Shown here: positions 5,140 through 10,643 of the stretch, piece by piece
Layout: every line of letters begins with the position of its first letter
Numbering within the stretch: position 1 is the stretch's first letter
Notes under the pieces: model-generated
The model's database searches: none
Told to the model about the DNA's origin: nothing
The model's input: only the letters and a program-made list of their open reading frames with translations
Position numbers and translations under genes: made by a program
Source: a virus
DNA length: 10,643 bases
Direction: 5' to 3' (one strand)
Virus record (IMG/VR): IMGVR_UViG_3300045974_000951
Span: 1 to 10,643 of that record

Positions 5140-5633
5140 GTCGCGATCCTCTTCAACGCTGACGCCAGTTCGGGCCGGCGAGCGAGCTCCTTGAGCCCGG
5201 GGTGCATGGGCTGCGGCCACTGCCCGTACTCGACCCACTTGAACCCCTGGGTCTCGTGATCCAGCCGCGGATCGAACTCGTTGTCTACTACCGCGAGAAA
5301 GTTGTGATACTGGAAACCTGAAGAGTGCTTAAATGTCCAGACCGGGACGAGTTCAAGGCGCCCATTCACGCCGGCTTCCTCGCTCGCTTCCCGCCGGACC
5401 GCGTCGGCAGGGTCTTCACCTTGGTCAATGGCTCCGCCCCAGGTTCCCCAGGTGCCGGGTTCTTGGACCGTCTGGCTGCGCTGAGCGACCAGAAGCCTTC
5501 CAGTATCTCGAGCGACAAAGAGCGCTCCGGCGGCTTCCTTGCCCCAGAAACCCGTTTTCTCGAGGGCTTTCGCATGCTGTGCTCTGTTCCCATCGCTCTC
5601 CTCACGGATGATGAACGCTTCTCTCAAGCCCAT
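5136..5633 (-). CDS. NUDIX hydrolase (165 aa)
   Basis: The Nudix box GGAIDQGEDPADAVRREASEEAGV fits GX5EX7REUXEEXGU. A GGAGGG Shine-Dalgarno sits about 11 nt upstream of ATG 5633. A roughly 30-aa N-terminal extension precedes the fold. Confidence 0.88.
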   Translation of the reverse strand: MGLREAFIIREESDGNRAQHAKALEKTGFWGKEAAGALFVARDTGRLLVAQRSQTVQEPGTWGTWGGAIDQGEDPADAVRREASEEAGVNGRLELVPVWTFKHSSGFQYHNFLAVVDNEFDPRLDHETQGFKWVEYGQWPQPMHPGLKELARRPELASALKRIAT

Positions 5634-5689
5634 GTGATAGATAGCCCTCCTGTGACCTCTAGGCCCAAATCCATAGAACCCAGCCCTTT

Positions 5690-5727
5690 ACATAAACGAA
5701 GGGCTCCGAGGTCACCCTGGAGCCCTT
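5690..5727 (-). terminator. Probable intrinsic terminator after the small secreted-protein gene
   Basis: aagggctcc (5699-5707) / 11-nt loop / ggagccctt (5719-5727) form a 9-bp stem 8 nt after the TAA at 5736-5738. The minus strand continues CGUUUAUGU, a weak U-tract. Confidence 0.5.
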
Positions 5728-5735
5728 GAACTGCC

Positions 5736-5945
5736 TTACTTCTTGGCCGGCTCGGCCTTCACCGGACAGGCGACCTTCTTGCCGTCAGCCATGCACTCCT
5801 TGGCAGGAGCCTTGGCCTTCTTGGCCTTGGCGGGCTTCGCGGCCGGCTTGGCCGGAGCAGTGACAGCGGCAGGAGCCGGAGCGGCCTTGGGGGCCTCAAC
5901 GGGTGTGACGGCGAGAGCCGTGGCGATCAGGATTGTGGTCAGCAT
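5736..5945 (-). CDS. Small secreted Ala/Lys/Pro-rich protein (69 aa)
   Basis: It has a strong SD (uAGGAGGaacaaacaAUG) and a signal peptide MLTTILIATALAVTPVEA. The mature part is low-complexity, PKAAPAPAAVTAPAKPAAKPAKAKKAKAPAKE, followed by C-MADGKKVA-C. It has its own upstream intergenic region and a downstream hairpin. Confidence 0.7.
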   Translation of the reverse strand: MLTTILIATALAVTPVEAPKAAPAPAAVTAPAKPAAKPAKAKKAKAPAKECMADGKKVACPVKAEPAKK

Positions 5946-6018
5946 TGTTTGTTCCTCCTATAGGGTTGATGCAGCTGAGGATAGCTAGTTGCCTCAAACC
6001 CCTGATTACTGTGTATTC

Positions 6019-6066
6019 TTGACCCAGAGTGGTGGGTACAGTGGGTCAAATATGGACAGTTGGGTC
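6019..6066. promoter_or_regulatory. Cluster of GACCCA/TGGGTC hexamers including an 8-bp inverted repeat
   Basis: ttgaccca (6019-6026) and tgggtcaa (6042-6049) form a perfect inverted repeat with a 15-nt spacer. A third copy, tgggtc, lies at 6061-6066. acagtgggtc (6038-6047) and acagttgggtc (6056-6066) are near-direct repeats. The cluster lies between the MazG-like stop and the small secreted-protein gene. Its function is unknown. Confidence 0.35.
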
Positions 6067-6489
6067 TCAGTAGCCGTCCTGAACCCGCTTCTTGACAACG
6101 TAGTTCTTCCGGCAGTACTCCTTGAAGAGTTCGTCGTGGTCGATCCCCGCGTAGACGCAGATCTCGATGAAGTAGGAGAAAGCATCCGCCAGTTCTTCCT
6201 TGAAGTGAGCGAAGTCGACGTCGGTGTGGTCGGTGAATCGGTGGCTGCGGTTCTTCAGGATGAAGGACGCCTCCGCCATCTCCTCGACCATCGCCCAGAT
6301 GAGCTCCTTGATGAGCCGCTGCCCGTACTTGCTCGTCAGGTCGATGGGCCACTCGGGAAGCTTGTCTCCCGCCTTGAGCGCCTGCATCAGTTCGGTCTGG
6401 CGCCGGAACGCGTCCTTGAGAGTGTCCACCTCGCCCGGTTCCACTGGAACGAGCTCGGTTCCTGCTTCGATCATCTTGTCGATGCTCAC
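6067..6489 (-). CDS. All-alpha NTP pyrophosphohydrolase (MazG / dimeric dUTPase-dCTPase type), 140 aa
   Basis: Metal-binding acidic motifs are present (AMVEEMAEAS as EExxE; FKEELADAFSYF as EExxD). The C-terminal YCRKNYVVKKRVQDGY resembles the Y..KN....R...GY ending of dimeric dUTPase/T4 gp56-type enzymes (from memory). The start is GTG 6489 (a GTGA overlap with the upstream stop) or ATG 6474. Confidence 0.75.
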   Translation of the reverse strand: MSIDKMIEAGTELVPVEPGEVDTLKDAFRRQTELMQALKAGDKLPEWPIDLTSKYGQRLIKELIWAMVEEMAEASFILKNRSHRFTDHTDVDFAHFKEELADAFSYFIEICVYAGIDHDELFKEYCRKNYVVKKRVQDGY

Positions 6490-6680
6490 TTGGCCTCCTT
6501 CGACTTCACGGTCACTACGTCGCCCACCTTCACCTTGCGAACGATGAGGTACTCGAAATCGCCTCCCGACATCGACCCCTCAGCGGCGCCTCTCGCAAGT
6601 TCAACGCTATCCAACGTCTTCTTCGTATGAACGAAGTCGGAACCGGCAGCTTGCTTGAACTCGACGATGTACTTAGCCAT
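6486..6680 (-). CDS. Hypothetical protein (64 aa)
   Basis: I chose ATG 6680 (MAKYIVEFKQ...), which overlaps the upstream stop by 8 nt (ATGGCTAA). The longer ORF-track version (start 6818) runs through the upstream gene in another frame. Confidence 0.55.
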   Translation of the reverse strand: MAKYIVEFKQAAGSDFVHTKKTLDSVELARGAAEGSMSGGDFEYLIVRKVKVGDVVTVKSKEAK

Positions 6681-6945
6681 AGTGATGCCCCTTCTCGACG
6701 ACAGCGACTCGCTCGAGCTTTCTTGTGTATGACTTCCGGTACCCCTGGAACTCGCCCTTCCAGTTGTGCTGCTCACGCATGAGCCGCAGAGTGGTGACGC
6801 TGACTGTCCTCCCTCCACTCGCCTGCACGCTCTCCTCGATCTCTGTGACGATGCCAGCGTTCATCCAGAGCGAAGAACCTCCACGACCCGGATAGACGAT
6901 GAAATCACCAACCTCGATCTCGACCCCGCGGATGTCCTTAGGCAT
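6673..6945 (-). CDS. Hypothetical protein (90 aa)
   Basis: ATG 6945 overlaps the upstream stop by 8 nt (ATGCCTAA). No family was recognised. Confidence 0.6.
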   Translation of the reverse strand: MPKDIRGVEIEVGDFIVYPGRGGSSLWMNAGIVTEIEESVQASGGRTVSVTTLRLMREQHNWKGEFQGYRKSYTRKLERVAVVEKGHHYG

Positions 6946-7363
6946 AGAACCTCCAGCTGGTGCCGAGAGGCTCGGCGATGAATGCTCGGCCGAACGTGGT
7001 GTCGATCTTCCAGGTGCGAGCTTCCGGATAGTAGAAGTTCATCCCTTCGTCCGCGTTCCATCCGTCGTCAGGCGGGAAAACCACGAAGAGTCCGCTCTCA
7101 TTCTCGCCTCGCTTCAGGAGCGGGCCAGCGAAAGCAAAGAACTCGTGATTCATTGACGTCTCTCGGGCGACAACGATCTTGTCGAACTCCTCACCCTCGC
7201 GAACGAGCTGCTCGAGCTCACTGAGTTTCTTCACGGAGCTGATGTCGTGCGCAACCTGGAAGAGCCAGGGCATCCACGCCGGGTTCCCGATCACCAGCAC
7301 CTCGTCATGGCTCTTGAGTCCGATGACTGTGGCAGGATCCCACTTACCGCTCTCGCTCTGCAT
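6938..7363 (-). CDS. Hypothetical protein (about 141 aa), possibly a degenerate Rossmann/methyltransferase-like fold
   Basis: I chose ATG 7363 (MQSESGKW...), preceded by aaagaggg. The ORF-track start at 7627 would overlap the TS-fold gene by 284 nt. VLVIGNPAW, FDKIVVARE and LLKRGENESGLFVVFPP loosely resemble SAM-MTase motifs I, II and III, but the glycine-rich loop is not conserved. The start is uncertain (GTG 7417 is also possible). Confidence 0.5.
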   Translation of the reverse strand: MQSESGKWDPATVIGLKSHDEVLVIGNPAWMPWLFQVAHDISSVKKLSELEQLVREGEEFDKIVVARETSMNHEFFAFAGPLLKRGENESGLFVVFPPDDGWNADEGMNFYYPEARTWKIDTTFGRAFIAEPLGTSWRFYA

Positions 7364-8282
7364 CCCTCTTTCGTCGGTGTGCGTTGAGTTGGATCGCCAT
7401 CCATCGAGTCCCGCCACTGAACTGAGCTTCGTCAAGCTGTGCCACCTTTCCAAGCCGCAGAGATTCCTCTTGTCCCGCCAGGAGAGCCAATCCCTCCAGG
7501 TCCAGGCGTTCCATCTTCTCCGCATGACGGAACTTTGTGCTACTCGCTTCTTCGCCGATCTCCTGCGCCATCTTGAAGTGAGGCTCGTAGAGATGCAGAC
7601 TGCCAGCTGTATGTATGTACTCTCCAACGTCCAAACCCAGCCTGCCTTCGTGGTTGAGTTCCAGCATCATCATCTCCTGGAGCAGAGTGAAGCTGAACAG
7701 GTCGTATGTCAGCCCCCAGATGACGTCGTTGCTGCGCATGTGGCTGTGCAGGATGAGGCGGTTATTCCTGATGAAGAACTGGAAGCTCAGCGTGCAGGGC
7801 ACATCCTTCGAACCCTTCGGGCCCGCTGCCACGAGTTGATCGCTGCCGTTGTTGATGATCAGCAACGCTCTGCGACTGTCGTTATCCGCGAGTAGCGTCT
7901 TCTTACACGCTTCCCACTGAGATGTTCCGTGAAACTTCCTAGCTTTCTGTCCGACACCGATTCTGAATCCGTACGCCGAGTTTACCGTCTTCCCGTCGTC
8001 CGAGAACTGCGCCGCCCGCTTGTTGTAGTAGAGGAGGCTCTCGAGGTCTTCCCGCCCGTTCCAGTACCAGAGGAACTCTCCGACTCCGAACCCGTAGTCA
8101 GCCTTACGCGCTTTGATATTGAGCAACCTTGCACGTGGGTTTCGAAGAACAAGTGTCGGGGCAAGGATTTCCTTGACTTTCTGGCCACGGGGCTCGCAGA
8201 TGTACTGCGGGTTCTCGCTGATGGCATGGACGACTTTCTTGAAGAGGACATCGAAGTTATCAGCGTCGAACGTCTTCACCAT
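7344..8282 (-). CDS. Thymidylate-synthase-fold enzyme, dCMP hydroxymethylase-like (T4 gp42-like)
   Basis: EFLWYW, DNDSRRALLII, VPCTLSFQF (nucleophile Cys), MRSNDVIWGLTYD and GSLHLYEPHF align with ThyA ELLWFL, DPDSRRIIVSA, APCHAFFQF, QRSCDVFLGLPFN and GDTHLYSNH. Asp replaces ThyA Asn177. MRSND and GSLH.Y..HF are the gp42-type versions. I prefer ATG 8282; the ORF-track start at 8288 is a TTG. Confidence 0.75.
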   Translation of the reverse strand: MVKTFDADNFDVLFKKVVHAISENPQYICEPRGQKVKEILAPTLVLRNPRARLLNIKARKADYGFGVGEFLWYWNGREDLESLLYYNKRAAQFSDDGKTVNSAYGFRIGVGQKARKFHGTSQWEACKKTLLADNDSRRALLIINNGSDQLVAAGPKGSKDVPCTLSFQFFIRNNRLILHSHMRSNDVIWGLTYDLFSFTLLQEMMMLELNHEGRLGLDVGEYIHTAGSLHLYEPHFKMAQEIGEEASSTKFRHAEKMERLDLEGLALLAGQEESLRLGKVAQLDEAQFSGGTRWMAIQLNAHRRKRDAERER

Positions 8283-9198
8283 GGACAAGGTCAGCCACCT
8301 TTCGGGTCAGGTCGTCAGGGAGCTGCTGGCCGCCAGCATTCTTGTGGCCACCTCCGCCCCAGGGTGCTACGAACTCAACAATATCTACCTTGTCATTGGA
8401 CCGAAGGCTGACTTTGTTGAGGTCTGGATTCATCTGCACCGCGACATCCACATCCGGGTGGAGCGTCAGGTACTGGTTGAGCAGCTCGGAGCAGTTGATC
8501 TCACCCGAGATGACGTAGGCGAACTTCTTCTTGGCTCCCTTGACGTCTCGGTCAGTGACAACGAAACGCTTGAGCACACTGTGGAACCGTCGGGCCTGCT
8601 CCTTGCGGAGGATGGTCATCATGTCTGACTCGAACGAATTCCAGTAGTCATCCTTCTCGACAGCGAAGCGCTCAGGAACGTTCATGAACCGCGACGTGAA
8701 CTCCTGCTGGCCGATGAATGAGAAGAACCGCGGAAGCTCCAGGCTGAACGGAATCTTCAACTGCCAGCGATCGTGGTCGTCGATGACGTGAGTGAATCGC
8801 TGCCAAGCGGCACTGTTGAACTCGATCATGCCGCCGCGAACCAACCACTGCCGGAAATTCTCGCAGCCGCAGGCCGCGTTCTTCACGTCGATGATGAACC
8901 CAGGCCGTCCGGCGAACTGCACCGCGGAGGCGTGGTGGTCGATGACGAAGGCGTTGCCTCGAGATTGGAGGAACATCGCTGTCTCATTTGACGAGGGAGC
9001 GATGTCCACGAACAGGAGTTGCTTGTTCGGGTCCTTGATGACAGCGCAGTCCACGAGGTACTCATCGACTCCGCCAGCGCGGACCCAATGGATGTTCTTG
9101 AAGTCACCTCCGGCGTGCTGGAACAGGATGGCTGACGCCGACCCGTCCATGCACCCGGCATGGGTGAAGAGATGAAAATTCCTGAGGTCTAGATGCAT
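8260..9198 (-). CDS. DHH/DHHA1-family phosphoesterase (312 aa)
   Basis: The ordered motifs are FTHAGCMDGSASA (motif I region), LLFVDIAP (motif II Asp), FVIDHHAS (DHH) and APWGGGGHKNAGG (the DHHA1 GGGH). ATG 9198 overlaps the NrdJ stop as TAATG. Confidence 0.85.
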   Translation of the reverse strand: MHLDLRNFHLFTHAGCMDGSASAILFQHAGGDFKNIHWVRAGGVDEYLVDCAVIKDPNKQLLFVDIAPSSNETAMFLQSRGNAFVIDHHASAVQFAGRPGFIIDVKNAACGCENFRQWLVRGGMIEFNSAAWQRFTHVIDDHDRWQLKIPFSLELPRFFSFIGQQEFTSRFMNVPERFAVEKDDYWNSFESDMMTILRKEQARRFHSVLKRFVVTDRDVKGAKKKFAYVISGEINCSELLNQYLTLHPDVDVAVQMNPDLNKVSLRSNDKVDIVEFVAPWGGGGHKNAGGQQLPDDLTRKVADLVHGEDVRR

Positions 9199-10643
9199 TA
9201 TAGTTCACACACTCCGCTCTTGCAGTTGTCATTGCCTGCTGCGCCCGCTTCCGCGTTGTTCTTGTACGCGGCGATCGCTTCATCCAGGTCCATGGGCGTG
9301 AGGGGCTGGTCTTCACGGCTGCCTTCAGGGTATACTGTAATACCTTTCAGTTCGGGAAGGAACTCGAAGTACAACTCACTGAGCGCTTCGGCGCTGGTTC
9401 CTTGCGGGATGTTGATCGTCTTGGACACCGCATTGTCCACGTGCTTCTGGACAACCCGTTGCATCTCCAGATGGTCCTTCATCTTGAGGTCGTGAGCTCC
9501 CTGGAAGTGCTTGACGCCCTTCCCGTCATCCATGAACCGCTTGAACAACGGGTGGATGACCACTTCAGTCTTCAGGTCGTCGTTGTCGCGGTACTTGCGC
9601 TTGTAGGCGGCCGCGAACATCGGTTCGATTCCGGAAGACGTGTCGCAGACCATCGAGCCGGTCCCAACCGGAGGAACGGTGAGGAGCGCGCAGTTGCGGA
9701 TGCCCTTCGACCGAATCAACTCGCGGAGGCTCGGCTTCAGGGTCTTGGCGAAGCCGCTCTTGAGGAACTGGTCAGGGTCGAACTTCGGGAAGGCGCCCTT
9801 CTCTTCGGCGATCTCCACGCTGGCCTCGTAGGCGGCGTGCTTGATCGTCTTCATCACCTTGTCGACCATCTCGAGTCCGGCGGCACTGTTGTACTTGAGT
9901 CCCAGTCTGAGCAGCATGTCATGGAGACCGGTCACTCCAAGACCGATACGCCGGATGTTCGTCGCCATGTCCTTGATCTCGGTCATGGGGTAGTTGTTGA
10001 CGGTGAGCACATTGTCGAGGAACCGGACGCCGATCTTGGTCGTCTTCTCCAACGTCTCCCAGTCGATGTCCCGGGTCCCTTCATCAACGAACCGCGGGAG
10101 CACCAGCGAACCGAGGTCGCAGCAGTCGTACTCGACCAACCAGATCTCGCCGCAGGGGTTGGTGCAGATGAGGGGCCTGAAGTAGGCGATGTTGTTCATC
10201 CGGTTGGCCAGGTAACCGTTGAGGACACCGGGCTCACCACCCTCGAGTGCGTTCTTGATGATTTTGTCCCACATCTTCTTGGCGCCGAGCTTCTTGATGG
10301 GCTTGCCATTGTGGCGCAGCTCGTAATCGTGCTCCCTCTTCACCTGCTCGAAGAAATCCTCGGGGTCCTTCTGGAAGATGACCGATACGTTGGCGTTGTT
10401 GAGCTCCTTCTTGTCGAGCTTCGCGTCCAGGAACTCCTCGATATCACCGTGGTCGTGCTCCAGAGCGAGCATCAGCGCCACACGGCGGCCGCCGCCGGAC
10501 TTAATGACCTCGCCAGCCGCGTTGAAAATCTTCATGAGTGACACGGAACCCGTCGCGGTGCCGCCAGCTCCGTTGATCTTGCTGCCACGAGGGCGGATCG
10601 GGCTCGCATTGAGCCCCACTCCGCCACCGGTCCCGGAGATAAC
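9198..10643 (-). CDS. nrdJ: Class II (adenosylcobalamin-dependent) ribonucleotide reductase, C-terminal about 481 aa; the 5' end lies beyond the window
   Basis: The frame stays open to base 10643 (VISGTGGGVGLNASPIRPRGS...). The active-site string is TNPCGEIWL. A C-terminal Cys pair is present (NDNCKSGVCEL). Stop is TAA at 9198-9200. The class I NLC.EI motif and the class III glycyl-radical motif are absent. Confidence 0.9.
   Translation of the reverse strand, partial: VISGTGGGVGLNASPIRPRGSKINGAGGTATGSVSLMKIFNAAGEVIKSGGGRRVALMLALEHDHGDIEEFLDAKLDKKELNNANVSVIFQKDPEDFFEQVKREHDYELRHNGKPIKKLGAKKMWDKIIKNALEGGEPGVLNGYLANRMNNIAYFRPLICTNPCGEIWLVEYDCCDLGSLVLPRFVDEGTRDIDWETLEKTTKIGVRFLDNVLTVNNYPMTEIKDMATNIRRIGLGVTGLHDMLLRLGLKYNSAAGLEMVDKVMKTIKHAAYEASVEIAEEKGAFPKFDPDQFLKSGFAKTLKPSLRELIRSKGIRNCALLTVPPVGTGSMVCDTSSGIEPMFAAAYKRKYRDNDDLKTEVVIHPLFKRFMDDGKGVKHFQGAHDLKMKDHLEMQRVVQKHVDNAVSKTINIPQGTSAEALSELYFEFLPELKGITVYPEGSREDQPLTPMDLDEAIAAYKNNAEAGAAGNDNCKSGVCEL

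Noticed and set aside
5140-5238. N-terminal extensions suggested by the ORF track for three genes (4699-5238, 6486-6818, 6938-7627)
   Set aside because: Each extension lies inside the upstream, well-supported gene in a different frame and is Arg/Ser/Ala-rich junk. Internal ATGs at 5139, 6680 and 7363 give the short overlaps (4, 8 and 20 nt) characteristic of this operon.
5939-6352. 137-aa minus-strand ORF rich in Arg/His/Gly
   Set aside because: It overlaps the MazG-like gene in another frame and runs across the intergenic repeat region into the small secreted-protein gene. Its composition is that of an off-frame read of GC-rich coding DNA.
5989-6630. 213-aa plus-strand ORF, plus the similar ORFs 7179-7895 (+), 7929-8411 (+), 8113-8628 (+), 1099-1680 (+), 1214-1639 (+) and 34-405 (-)
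   Set aside because: All are antisense or out-of-frame shadows of genes with clear family motifs (MazG-like, TS-fold, DHH, metallophosphoesterase, the left-edge CDS). They lack ribosome-binding sites and recognisable motifs.
9402-10541. 379-aa plus-strand ORF, the second-longest in the window
   Set aside because: It lies entirely antisense to the well-supported NrdJ gene. Its Leu/Val/Arg/His/Asp-rich composition with no motifs is typical of shadow ORFs opposite GC-rich genes.

Overview
GC-rich window, almost entirely minus-strand and tightly packed, with start/stop overlaps of 1, 4, 8, 20 and 23 nt. It reads like the early / nucleotide-metabolism arm of a dsDNA phage or prophage. No integrase, transposase or CRISPR array is visible. 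Right to left on the minus strand: partial class II (B12) ribonucleotide reductase NrdJ; a DHH/DHHA1 phosphoesterase; a thymidylate-synthase-fold enzyme with dCMP-hydroxymethylase-type residues; three small unknown ORFs; a MazG/dimeric-dUTPase-type NTP pyrophosphatase; a stand-alone tiny secreted Ala/Lys/Pro-rich protein; a NUDIX hydrolase; a ParB/Srx-fold protein; an 86-aa unknown; a tail-anchored coiled-coil protein; a large lipoprotein (Cys-bracketed modules, collagen-like triplets, poly-Pro, DUF3494 ice-binding-like domain); a terminator; a PTH2-like hydrolase; an unknown ORF; two adjacent atypical tRNA(-like) genes; a metallophosphoesterase; and a secreted protein. A strong hairpin terminator at 336-361 then separates this block from the 3' end of a convergent plus-strand gene. 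The points most worth follow-up are: (1) the pair of non-canonical tRNA-like genes beside a PTH2-fold hydrolase; (2) a gp42-like/gp56-like cytosine-replacement module with three unknown ORFs embedded in it; (3) an N-terminal L-x-x-x-F-[ILV]-[IV]-[KR]-E motif shared by consecutive genes, resembling a capsid-targeting/prohead-protease propeptide; (4) the collagen/ice-binding-like lipoprotein. All family assignments are by-eye motif recognition; no searches were run.
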